Positions 1 through 12,000 of a stretch of 62,000 nucleotides of DNA are shown in pieces. The number at the start of each line of letters is the position of its first letter. Position 1 is the first letter of the stretch. Under the pieces are notes generated by a model. That model saw only the letters and a list, made by a program, of their open reading frames with translations, did no database searches and was not told where the DNA came from. The DNA is from Vicugna vicugna. Lineage: Eukaryota. The translations under genes were made by a program, and so were the position numbers. The stretch covers positions 2,084,948 to 2,146,947 of the forward strand of contig MU057651.1 in the NCBI GenBank assembly GCA_013265495.1. Direction: 5' to 3'.

Positions 1-700
1 ATCTACATCCTCATCTACACCCACATCTACACCTACATCCACATCCAGACCTATACCCACATTCACATCCACACATATACTTACATCTCCATCAAAACCT
101 ACATCTCCATCAACACCTACATCTCCATCCACATCTACACCTACATCCACATCTACACCTACACCCACGTCTACATCCACATCCACCCCTACACCTCCAT
201 GTCCATCAACACCTACATCTCCATCCACATCTACACCTACATCCACATCTACACCTACATCCACATCTACACCTACATCCACATCTACACCTACATCCAC
301 ATCTACACCTACATCCACATCTACACCTACATCCACATCTACACCTACATCCACATCTACACCTACATCCACATCTACACCTACATCCACATCTACACCT
401 ACATCCACATCTACACCTACATCCACATCTACACCTACATCCACATCTACACCTACATCCACATCTACACCTACATCCACATCTACACCTACACCCACGT
501 CTACATCCACATCCACCCCTACACCTCCATGTCCATCAACACCTACATCTCCATCCACATCTACACCCACACCCACGTCTACATCCACATCCACCCCTAC
601 ACCTCCATGTCCATCAACACCTACATCTGCACCCACACCCACATCTACTTCTACACCCACGTCTACATCTGCATCTACACCCACACTCCATCTCCACCTC
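1..700. repeat. C/A-rich minisatellite, 18-bp core unit ATCTACACCTACATCCAC, degenerate at both ends; runs off the window start
   Basis: Perfect 18-bp tandem copies at about 229-490. A ~60-bp block (ACACCCACGTCTACATCCACATCCACCCCTACACCTCCATGTCCATCAACACCTACATCT) recurs at about 161, 491 and 569. Confidence 0.95.
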
Positions 701-1529
701 CATGTCTGCATCACCATCTGCTTGTACGTCTGTCTCCAAGCCCACACGTGTGTCTACATTCACAGCCTGTCCACGGCCCATCCGACAAAAGAGAAGAAAG
801 CAATTAATCCTCCAAAGAGTCTCCATGTTCTGTTTTCCTCTGCACCAGCTGCACAGCACTCCTCTGCTCGGTTTGAAACGGAAACATCCTGGCCTTGGAC
901 GAGGGGACCTTCTCCCAGTTACCCTGGACATCCACCGCTATGGTCAGCTTCCTACATCGTGACAGGAAGGGCTGCAGGAAGGGTGGGCGGAGCTGCTCAG
1001 TGGACACGAGCAGCACTTGGAGCCCTTTAACTTCCGGTCACCGGCATTCGCTTTCATTGTGCCGCCGTGGTTTGCTCGGTCCTTTCAATTACTCTCCGAC
1101 TTCCCTGCGCTCTGATCACTGCAGCTTTCGTGGCTACATTCCCTAAAGCAATTACTTTCACTTACAATCATGCTTCATTAATAGGGACACGTTGGCCAAT
1201 ATTCGTGCATGCTTACTTACGTAGCATTTTTTGCCCCCATCCAACAGCCTGTGCCAGCACTGAATAGGTGAATTTAGTAAAAGCAGAGAAGCACAAAGGT
1301 GAAAATGAACATGACACATGGACCCCTTTCCTGGAGCCACTGTTGACGTTGGAGCATTTCCTTTGTGCACTGGAAACACTGGATTCTGGCTGCCACCGTT
1401 AACATTCTAATATAAACGTGCCTGTATAACTTTGAATTTACTGAGAAACAAATGAATGGCTGTGTACTATTTCTTTACAGCCTCCGTGTCTTTGCTGGCT
1501 CTCGCTACCCCACGTTGACCCTTCGTGGG

Positions 1530-1660
1530 TTTATTTATTCATTTGTCAAGTTATCTCTCGAGCACCTGGCCCCGGTGAGATGAGCAAGACATGCCAGGTC
1601 CCTGTTCTCGAAGAGCTTACAACCAAGAGAGCGGAGGCAGACAACGAAGAAGCAAACAAA
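1530..1660 (-). mobile_element. Ancient L2 LINE 3' fragment
   Basis: TTATTTATTCATT...GAGCACC...GTCCCTGTTCTCGAAGAGCTTACA resembles the antisense L2 3' end. Confidence 0.5.
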
Positions 1661-3462
1661 ACAGGTAAGACCCCAGATTCACACATCTCCTACTTGAACG
1701 ACGTACAGAGAGAAAAAATAGTTCAGGGTTTAAGTTTCATTTCTCATCCCTCAGCCGCATGATTTCCCATCTCCTGAAAGGTGAATAAAAGATTTTTAAA
1801 AATGGAATACATTGCACTTATGGAATGTCTGTTACCTGCCTCCCTTCCCACAGTCAGCCCACGAGCCAAAGCCTTTTCATGCCTCACTGGAGCGTTTCCG
1901 CAGCCTCTAAATGGGTCCTCCGCCCCCAGGTGAGACTTTCTGAAGCTCAGGTTGAACGTGTAACTTCTCCGTTCAAGGTCCCCAGACGGCCACTCACACC
2001 CCTTTGCACAGCATTCAGAGGAACAACGAAGGGACAGCCCATCCCACGCTGCCTTCTTCTCTGTAACTTCCTTTTGTGTGCACCCAACCAAATCGCCAGC
2101 CACTGGCCAAGGATGCTCTGGAGTCGCCCTCGGATCCCGTGGTCTCGTCCTCTTCTCCATGTGTTCATCCCGTGTTGCACTTCCTCCAGGATTCACGCTC
2201 CCCCCGGGGCTGCTCTGGGGGGATCAGACCCCCCAACCAGCCTGGGCCAGGAGCCCCTAACTTCGGCTTTTCAGGGAGGGGATGTAGCCAAGGACGCACA
2301 AGAAGATGTTTGCTCATCCGGCACGGCAGGTGGTTGAAATGAAAGTGCTGTGTAGGTGGGTCCGAGCAGTTTAAGGACTCATTCCCAGCCTCCTCGCATA
2401 ACACTCCGTGTCGTCAGCCCCATAGCACAAACCAGAGTGCTGGGCGAGTCGACGCTGAAACGGAGAATTCTGCGGTCGCAAGGACCACGGCTGGAGAGTA
2501 AACTATCTGCTGAAATTGCGATGCCACAAGTCTGCAAGTAAAATAAATGAGATCAACGCCAAGGCAAGGAGGGAGTCGCGGAGCCGGCTCAGAGCGAGAA
2601 GCGGGCTTTGCTGTGCCCTTGGAGCATTCTGCTCTGGTCTCTGCTTCCTACTGAAGATGTGACAGATGCAAAAATGGGCCGCTTACCCGGCGTCCTGTTC
2701 CCTCTTCCCTGGGGATCCTCACTGCCAGCTAGTCATCAGCCCTGGAATGCAAGTCTCGCTCCAGCGGTGCCAGGAGGGCTGCAGGGAGCCGCCCCGCTCC
2801 ACCCCACAGCCGCCTTCTCATAATCAGCCGTTGGATCTTGTCTATGTGTTTGTTTTTTTTCCTGCTAATGTGCTGCCTTTTGCAATCAATCCATTCCTTC
2901 CTTCACTCCCCAAACATTTATTGAGCATTTCCCCTGCCCAGGTGCCCTGCTCCTTACAGAGATTCAAGATGAAGGGTTCTGAGCCCCGGTCACGGTCATG
3001 GAAACCTGCAGATTAAGTGAAGGTGAGCGCAGGCCTGGATCTGCCCGGGAACGAGGGGTTTCCCGGATTCTGTCAGTGCTGATGGTGCGAAACTGCGGGG
3101 CAGATCCGGACAGCTGGTCACCCCGCGGTGGCGTTAACAGGTTGATGGACTGTCATGACAGAGTGACTGCGTCCGGCGTGGGGAGGACGTCCCCACGTGC
3201 TTCAGCATTTGCAGACCTCCCTGCAGAAGTCTTCTGGACACACAGATTGAGGTTCCCACGTTGGGCGTCAAGGAGAGTCGCACAGGAGGGCGGAGGACTG
3301 CGAGTCGAGCTGCGGGTCTGGACACCCCAAAAAGCAAGGAGTCTGTTGAGGAAAACGTGCCCATGAAGAGTACATTGTGCCAAAGGAAACACTGCTCTCT
3401 AAGGAGGAGATGGATAAAAATCCATGTCTATATGGTGGAGATGGATAAAAATGCTCACCTTC

Positions 3463-3806
3463 CGCTACAGACTGAATATTTGTGTCCTCCCAAAATTCAG
3501 ATGTTGAAAACCTCACCCCAATGTGCTGGCATGAGGGGTGATGGCTTTAGGAGGTGATTGGGTCACGACAGGGGAGCCACAAGAGACCCCAGAGAGCTGT
3601 CTCCTCTTCCACCCCATCAGGACACTGCAAACAGATGACCACGTATGAGCCAGGAAGCTCTCACCAGACACCGAATGTGCTGGCACCTTGCTCCTGGACT
3701 TCCAGCCTCCGTCCAGACATGAATGAATAAATAAACGTTTGTGGTTTAAGCCACCCAGTCCCCATCTATGGTGTCTTTATTACAGTGGCCCCAGCGGACT
3801 TGGACA
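3463..3806 (+). mobile_element. MaLR solo LTR (MLT1A/B-like)
   Basis: Start GCTACAGACTGAATATTTGTGTCCTCCCAAAATTCA, internal CCAGACACCGAATGTGCTGGCACCTTGCTCCTGGACTTCCAGCCTCC, AATAAA, TTTAAGCCACCCAGTC, end ...GACTTGGACA. Confidence 0.85.
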
Positions 3807-4362
3807 CCGTGGTCCAGGAATTCACAGTGGAGGTGGGAAGACAGAGCCATCCATCCACACGCTCAGTGCTGTAATCGGTGTCTCCAACATCAGAGAAACC
3901 GAGAGGGGGAGGAAGGACCGATGACGGAGGAGGGGACATTTTCAGGGACCAACACAAGACTGAAGATCCATAAGGACCAGCCTGATGAGTCAGTCAGACT
4001 CTGCAGGCTGCTAAGCGGATGCAGAGGAGCAAGAGGAACCGTGTCCTAACTCCTGGTGGCTGGCTTGATTGACTTCACGCTTGTAGATGATGAAGAAAAG
4101 GCCGCCTTCCTCCCATGCAGAGCAGGCTGCTACCAGAGCACAGATTAAGCTCCAAGTAAAAGCACAGACGAGGGACAAAGAGAGAGCGAGAACAAAGTCT
4201 TTTTTGAGAAGACCAGCCCCCAAGCTCCCCTCTCCCATCTTTCTGAGGGTTCGGGACCACGACTGTGGTCACTTCCCTCCCGGTGGCCGGGCTGACGGCA
4301 GGTTATCCATCGTTCCCATCAGCAGGTTTCTTTGCGGAGTCGTTGAACACCTCCTACGACTG

Positions 4363-4568
4363 ATGGCGGTGATGGTTGCACATCTCTATAAACATACTAA
4401 AAACTGTCAAATTGTGTACTTTTAACGGGTTAATTTGTGGTGTGTGAACTCAATCTCCGCAGAGCTATTTTTAATGCAGTCCCAATCAAAATCCCAGCGG
4501 GGCTTTTTTTGTTGTTTTTTTTTTTTTTTTTTTTAGAAAAAAAATGTAGAAATAAACAAGCAGATTTT
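4363..4568 (+). mobile_element. Old L1 fragments (3'UTR plus a short ORF2 piece)
   Basis: GGTGATGGTTGCACA...AAATTGTGTACTTTTAA...GTGTGTGAACTCAATCTC, followed by CCCAATCAAAATCCCAGC. Confidence 0.6.
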
Positions 4569-4569
4569 A

Positions 4570-5000
4570 GCCATTTGCAGCAACAGGGGTGGACCTAAGA
4601 TGACTGTACTGAAAGGAAGTCAGTCAGACAGAGAAAGACAAATACAATATGGTATCACTCATATGTGGAATGTTAAAAAAAAAAGATACAAGTGAACTTA
4701 TTTACAAAGCAGAAACAGACTCACAGGCATAGAAAACAAATTATGGTTACCAGGAGGGGAAGGGAGTAAGAAGGGATAAAATGGGAGTTTGAGATTTGCA
4801 GATACTAAAATAAAACATAACTTAGATAAACAACAAAGTCCTACTGTAGAGCACAGGCAGCTATATTCAATACCTCGCGGTAACATATAATGGAAAAGGA
4901 TATGAAAAGGAAGATAGATGTGTATGTATGACCGGAGCACTGCGCTGCGCTCCAGAAATTGGCGCAGCATTGTAAACTGACTATGCGGCCATAAAAAAAG
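4570..5000 (+). mobile_element. 5'-truncated L1 3' end (cetartiodactyl/camelid type)
   Basis: GCCATTTGCAGCAAC...CAGACAGAGAAAGACAAATAC...GAAACAGACTCACAG...CTACTGTAGAGCACAGG...TTGTAAACTGACTAT, the same motif set as the other L1 3' ends in the window. Confidence 0.9.
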
Positions 5001-5920
5001 AATGGGTTCAAATTTATGACCCTTTAGCTGAAAGGAAGAATTTGGAAGGAAGAGGGCCCCAGCCCGCGGGGCTGTATTGCACACTGTTATGTACTGTTCA
5101 TTTTATAACCCTGTCAACAGAGTCTTTGAAATTTCAGAACTGGAGGAAGATATTTCAGAAAGTTCTCCTAAAACATTTGCAGGGAGGAACAGACACATGC
5201 TCAATCTCTACCCAGTGCGAAGGTCACAGATCGGTCCACCAGGACCATAATTCTCCCGCTGTCTGACGACCTGGAGAGACACCGAGAAGGGATTTCAGCC
5301 TGAGGACCGCGGATTTCCAGCACCTGTTCCCAAAAGTCAGCCCACGCCAGCACAGCGATGGTCCACCGCCCAAAGACCACAAAGGATACATGATCCTGAA
5401 TTTATTTTCAATGAGGATGAATGCTCTTTACTCAAATCATAATGTGGCTGGGAAACGGAGAATGAATGACAAGGATTTACGGGGCAGAACCATGGAAAGG
5501 ATTCCCCAACCAAACTGTTTGCAAGGATGTTTTGAAATTCAGCTTCACTCACCATCTTAGAGACTTTCTTCCCGGTTTTTGACGACTGGAGCCGGGAGGA
5601 TGCACAGTGAAACTGTTCTGCAGTTTTTTGGTGAAAAGAGCCAAAGTAAGGGTCTGGAGGCACACACTGGAGTAATGTCCTTGTGGGGGGGGGGAGATTT
5701 GAAAGAGAAAGTGGGAGGAGGCGTTTAAAATACTTAACCGGTCACTTTTAAATTTAAAGGAAACAAAACTGGAGTTAAAGAATAAATAGGTTTCCAATGG
5801 GTGATCCTCATTGAAAAATAAACATTTTTTTTACAACAAAGGAACAAAATCAATCAATCAATCAATCCATACTTGTCAGGCGTACAATGAGCTACAAGAA
5901 GAATGTAAAACAAAGGGTTC

Positions 5921-6132
5921 ACCTAATGTAAACTACGGACTTTGGTTGATAATAATATGTCCATGCTGGATCATTGATGGTACCAAAGATGCCACACTGA
6001 TGAGGGATGTTGAGGGTCGGGGAGGATGTATGTGTGGGTGGGCAGGGCTCTGTGCAAACTCTCTGTGTTTTCTGCTCAATTCTGCTGTGAACCTGAAACT
6101 GCTCTAAAAAAAATAAAGTCTATTAAAAAAAA
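5921..6132 (+). mobile_element. Old L1 (L1MB/MC-like) 3' end
   Basis: CCTAATGTAAACTACGGACTTTGGTTGATAAT...TCTGCTGTGAACCTGAAACTGCTCTAAAAAAAATAAAGTCTATTAAAAAAA. Confidence 0.8.
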
Positions 6133-8789
6133 CAGAAAAGAAAAGGTTCAAAGTGATGGCTCTTTAGGTAAAAAGTGAGGAAGAGGAAATAAATCCTATT
6201 TGGGGATGCCAAAATGATTCCTGCAAAATGTAAGTGATTGCGTATGTTAATTCATTATATTTAAATTTGATAACATTTCAAAGTTATCAACCTTAGGATT
6301 ATGTTTCTGATGGGATGTTTGAATTACATCAATCTTTGAATTGCAAGCCTTGAAACCACTTTATTGATTGATAGGTTGATACCTTCATCAATTCAACACC
6401 AGCTGTGGTTGGAAAAAAGAAATAGAATATTAATCAAGTAACACGCAACTGTTCAAATGCCTTGAGAGGCGAGAACTCAGGAGGACCGAATAAACTGCTT
6501 ACCTGTCCTGGGACTGGATCAGGTAGCTACCGTCTCCCAGGTAAAACTCTTATAAGCATTTCATCAATGTCTTCATCCCTTTTGTCTGTGTTTCCAATGT
6601 TCCATCCGGACTTCTCAGTGGACACGATCGATTAGAGAAAAGAAAAATTGTTAGAGAAATAGCTACCATATCAAGCAGAAACCAGGTCTTAACAAATCAA
6701 AAGAAGGTCCAGCAAAGGGGAGTGAAAGAGTCGTCCCTCATCCTTATGTAACTGCATCATTGACTGCTCCGAGCATCACGCGGTGTGCCCCTCTTCCATG
6801 AGGAGCACGCATTGTGAACCGTCCAGAAAAACATATCCGTTACTTTCTTTGAAATCTCTCTGGAGAAATAAATATTTCACAAGTAGGCTCTCCCAAGAAA
6901 TGGATGGCCCCATTGCTTCTAGGAAATCCTTGCTCCTAAAGCCGCCTTGACCAGTAAACTCATCTCATCCTCAGGCTTACCTGTGGGTGCCTGGACTTTC
7001 TAGAACCTTCCACTCCCCTAGGGTAGTTGAAGGAAATCTGAACACAAGAAAAATTTCCCTCTAGTCCATGTTAACGTCAGAACCTTACATCAATCAATTG
7101 TACGAATTCATGCTTATTTAATAATTCAATAAAATTAAAAATTCATGACCTCTGTGGTGAACACAAAATTGGTAAAGTATTTTCTGGAAAGCAATTTCAA
7201 AATATCTCTCAAGACCTTAAAATTAAGACACTCTGTGGTCCAACAGCTTCAATTGCTTCTAGCAAAAATGTCAAGCAAATTACCAGAAATACAGGGGAGA
7301 TTTGTAGATTCTGCACACTTTTGTAAATAAGAGCAAAACAAAAAATACAATCTCTAACATAGACTAATGGTTAAATACAGTAGAGTCGATTCGGAAATGG
7401 CAATCACAAAATGTAAGTAGTTTTTATTTTTTAAAAGCAAAAGATGATATAGAGAAATGACAGACAGTTGAGTTAAAAGCAAGATGGAGAACTAATGTGC
7501 TAAATGATTTCAGCTTTGTAAAAATAAATCTTAACTTTGTGTCTAAGCAATGGGGATTTGGTTAACTTTTTCTTCTCTTTGTAACTTCTACAGTTTTAAA
7601 ATTGTGCACTAGGAGCATATAATTCATCTTTTGCTAGAGGAATTCTTTTTTGCTCTCTCTCTTAGAGACCCAATTTTGCTGGGAGAGAAAATCTCCTTTT
7701 GCTTCTTCGAGGTCCGTGCCCGGTCACGGTTTCCAAGAGGCAAGGACACCGAATTTCCCCAAGATGCTCTTTATCCGAAGTGTCAGTTTGATGTAAATCT
7801 CTGACCCCGTGTGCCCTCCAAGACAATGTGCTTGCTTTAAAATCCTTGCTAGGATAAAATCACTTCCTTTTTTTTTTTTTTTTTTGCAAAAACGGCTTCC
7901 ATGCACAGCACAATTGCTCATAATTTGCACAGTCTCCAAACAACTGTCCAGTTGGCAAGCACCAAGTTTGCAGTGGCTACATTTTATTGTGCAAAAGACC
8001 ACCAGGCATACAGTGAACTCCGCCTTAGGTTTACAAACGTGTGCTATTGAAATTACCTGCTTGACTCTTACATCCCCTTGCTGTTGACTGAGGATGCTTA
8101 TAGCATAATTTACTCCGGACCTGTAAAGACTATTTTCCGCAAAGCAAAAGTTTTGAAGAAGTTATACTCAGGGAGTGAAGGATCGGTTACTGTCTTTCTA
8201 ATTAGGGAAGAAAATGGTGCCTTTGTGGTGGTTTAAGTCATATTATATATTTGCAATTATGTTGGCCCCGCTTCCATCCCATAAACCATGCTCCGGTATG
8301 CAAATGAGGAAACTGGTCTCCAGAAAACAAATTAACATGACTTTTCCAGGATTATACACTGCTAGTGGAGCGGAGAAAAGTCTAGCATTTGCCCACTCGT
8401 GACGGCTCCAGTGTGGTCTCTGTGCTGCATGGATTTTGAGAAGTTGGAAAGGAGGAAAAAAATCAAATGAGTAATGATGTTTTGATAATAAGCAATAATA
8501 TTAACAATGGACCTTAAATGAGGGCATTACTATTAAAATTGGTAAAATATTCACATATAAAAATGGAAAAATTAAGAAATCCTCTGAGCGTCAAAGAACC
8601 TTGCAATCGATCAGTTTTCCACTGGCCAATCTGACAGCATTGAGGATGCTCGGTCACATGATCGGATGTATCACTTGATTTAGCAGGAAAATCAGCCACT
8701 TATGTGACACAGATCAGAACGCTTCCCCGATCATTTGAGTCGTGACTCTGCTCAGGTGATGTTAGCGTCTGTTTGTTTTGACCGAGTCT

Positions 8790-9230
8790 CTGTCTCCTGG
8801 TGGTGTTGGCTGCCTTTAAAGTTGTCAACTCTTCAGACTATTCTTTTGCGGCTTCTGGATTTTAAACGATGGCTAGAAAGCTCTTTTTCCCCGCTGTTAG
8901 GTTATAAATAAATTCCCATTTTCGTTAATTACATTTAAATCTTTGACCCACATAGAGTTCTCCCAGCTGCTCCCTGTGAGGTGGCGATCCAAATTAATTT
9001 CTCTCCAGATGGCCAGCCTCACTTTCTCAATAATATTTATTGAAGACTCCAAACTTCCCCCCGCTGATCTGAGATACTAACTTGAGCCTATGCTAAATGT
9101 CTGTACGTTTACAGTTACATTATTAAACTAACTTTCCATTAGTCTACGTGATGTTAGTAGACCAGCGTCATCCTATTTGAATCACTAACGTTCTATAGAA
9201 GTGCTACATATCTGCTAGGATTAATATAGT
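8790..9230 (-). mobile_element. Old, degenerate antisense L1 ORF2 fragment
   Basis: ATTTAAATCTTTGACCCA, CCAGATGGCCAGCC, AATATTTATTGAAGACT and TTCCATTAGTCTA match antisense L1 ORF2 motifs. Confidence 0.55.
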
Positions 9231-9289
9231 TGCATTCTCTGTTCCTGCATAGTTTTTTATTGTTCTTATTCCCTTTTTATGTAACTTTA

Positions 9290-11612
9290 AAGGTCTCATG
9301 TAAGACTGGGCACCATAAAACTGCACACACAGGCAGAACACTCTTTGACGTAAATCATAGCAATACTTTTTTGGATCCGTCTCCGGAAGCAAAGGAAATC
9401 AAAGTGAAAATAAACAAAGGAGATCTGATTAAACTTGAAAGCCTTTGCACAGCAAAGGAAGCCATCCACAACACAAAAAGACAACCGCTGAAGGGGAGGA
9501 GATACTTACAGATGATATGGGCTGGCTGATTAGGGGTTAATATCCAACATATATAAAGAGCTCATACAACTCAACATCAGGAACCAAACAACCTGATGAA
9601 AAATTAGGCGGAAGAACCAAATAGACATTATTCCAACAGACACATAACAAGATGCTCAATATCGCTAATCCACTAATCCTCAGGGAAATGCAAATCAAAG
9701 CCACAAGGAGATATCTGCTCACATCTGTCAGAATGGTCATCATCAAAAAGAACACAAATTGCAAATGTTGGCAAGGGTGTGGAGAAAAGGGAGCCCTCCC
9801 ACACTACTGGTGGAATGTATATTGGAGCACCCACTGTGGAAAACAGTATGGAGGGTTCTTGAAAATCTAAAACTAGACTTACCATGTGACCCAGCCTTCC
9901 CACTCCTGGGCATATATCCAGAGGGAACTCCCATTCAAAAAGACAACTGCACCCCATGTTCACAGCAGCACTACTTACAACAGCCAAGACATGGAAACAG
10001 CCTAAATGTCCATCGACAGATGACTGGATAAAGGAGATGTGGTATATTTACACGATGGAATACTACTCAGCCATGAAAAAGGATAACATAATGCCATTTG
10101 CAGCAACATCGATGGGCTGGGAGGGCATTATGCCCAGTGAAATAAGTCAGACAAAGGACAAACACTGTATAATGTCACTTCTCTGTGGGATGTAAAAAAT
10201 ACAATAAACTAGTGAATATAACAAAAAAGAGGCAGACTCACAGATATAAAGAGCAAACTAGAGGTGACCAGTGAGGAGAGGAAAGTGGGGAGGGGTGACA
10301 GAGGTAGGGGAATGAGAGGTGCAAACTACTAGGTATAAAATAAACTACAAGGATATATTGCAGAACATAGAGAATATAGCCAACATTTTATAATATCCAT
10401 AAATGGAAAATGAACTTCAAAAATTTTGAATCACTATATGGTACACCTGTAACTTACACAATATTTCACACCTGTAACTTATGTAATATTTCACACCTGT
10501 AACTTACATAATATTTCACATCTGTAACTCACACAATATTTTACACCTGTAACTTATGTAATATTTCACACCTGTAACTTACACAATATTTCACACCTGT
10601 AACTTATGCAATATTTCACACCTGTAACTTACACAATATTTCACATCTGTAACTTATGCAATATTTCACACCTGTAACTTATGCAATATTTCACACCTGT
10701 AACTTACACAATATTTCACACCTGTAAACTTACACAATATTTTACACCTGTAACTTACATAATATTTCACACCTGTAATTTACACACTATTTCACACCTG
10801 TAACTTATGTAATATTTTACACCTGTAACTTACATAATATTTCACACCTGTAACTCACACAATATTTTACACCTGTAACTTATGCAATATTTCACACCTG
10901 TAACTTATGCAATATTTCACACCTGTAACTTATGCAATATTTCACACCTGTAACTTACATAATATTTCACACCTGTAACTTATATAATATTTCACACCTG
11001 TAACTTACATACTATTTCACACCTGTAACTTACACAATATTTCACACCTGTAACTTACACAATATTTCACACCTGTAACTTACATAATATTTCACACCTG
11101 TAACTTACACAATATTTTACACCTGTAACTTACATAATATTTTTCACCTGTAACTTACATAATATTTCACACCTGTAACTTACACAATATTTCACACCTG
11201 TAACTTACACAATATTTTACACCTGTAACTTACATAATATTTTTCACCTGTAACTTACATAATATTTTTACACCTGTAACTTACACAATATTTCACACCT
11301 GTAACTTACACAATATTTTACACCTGTAACTTACATAATATTTTACACCTGTAACTTACATAATATTTCACACCTGTAACTTACACAATATTTCACACCT
11401 GTAACTTACACAATATTTTACACCTGTAACTTACATAATATTTTTCACCTGTAACTTACATAATATTTTTACACCTGTAACTTACATAATATTTCACATC
11501 TGTAACTTACATAATATTTTTCACCTGTAACTTACATAATATTTTTACACCTGTAACTTACATAATACTTTACAGCAATTATACTTCAATAAAAAATAAT
11601 AAAAAAATAAAA
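9290..11612 (+). mobile_element. 5'-truncated L1: end of ORF2 plus 3'UTR, interrupted by a minisatellite, ending in AATAAA and an A-rich tail
   Basis: Broken ORFs translate to L1 ORF2 C-terminal motifs (IREMQIKAT, CWQGCGEKG, HYWWNV, MFTAALLTTAKTWKQPKCPSTDDWIKEMWYIYTMEYYSA). AATAAA at 11588. Confidence 0.95.
10443..11571 (+). repeat. 25-bp minisatellite (ACACCTGTAACTTAYRYAATATTTY), about 45 copies
   Basis: Period measured directly: ACACCTGT at 10443, 10468 and onward. No unique spacers between units. Confidence 0.97.
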
Positions 11613-11714
11613 TTCGCAACAGTAAATGGTCACATAATATAAATAACATTGAAATTTTTGCAGTAAGCTTATAGCATTTGTAGTTCAGAAGTTAATAAAG
11701 CTTAAAAATGCTCT

Positions 11715-12000
11715 TTAAAAAGCTTTATTGCTAAAAAGTACGAACCACCATCTGAGCCTTCAGGGAGTCACGGCAGCGACACCAGAGATCACTGATCGCA
11801 GATCACCACAGCAAACATAATAAAAAATGGAGACGTTTGAAGTATTGCAAGAGCTACAAAAATGTGACACAGAGACACAAAGCGAGCAGACGCTGTTGGG
11901 AAAGTGGTGCCGACAGACTTACAGCAAACCTTCAATCTGTCGACTATGCAATATCTGGGAAGGGCAATAATGCACATCACAGTAAAAGGAGGGGTGCCTG
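11715..12000 (-). mobile_element. Internally deleted Tigger1-family DNA transposon (TcMar-Tigger)
   Basis: The reverse complement of 11785-12000 matches the Tigger1 terminus (CAGGCAYMCCTC...GCAGATATTGC...GAAGGTTTG...TCTCTGTGTCACATTTT...GATCTGYGATCAGTGATCT). It is joined to CTTTATTGCTAAAAA...CATCTGAGCCTTCAG from the opposite end. Confidence 0.8.

Noticed and set aside
199..807. 202-aa ORF of IHIYTY repeats
   Set aside because: Translation of the 18-bp minisatellite; it is stop-free only because of base composition.
9230..10195. L1 ORF2-like peptides as host genes (also 26646, 29979, 31824, 33127, 35331)
   Set aside because: Frameshifted, truncated retrotransposon relics.
10443..11571. CRISPR-like regular array
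   Set aside because: Units are head-to-tail with no unique spacers, there are no cas genes, and the array sits inside a mammalian L1.
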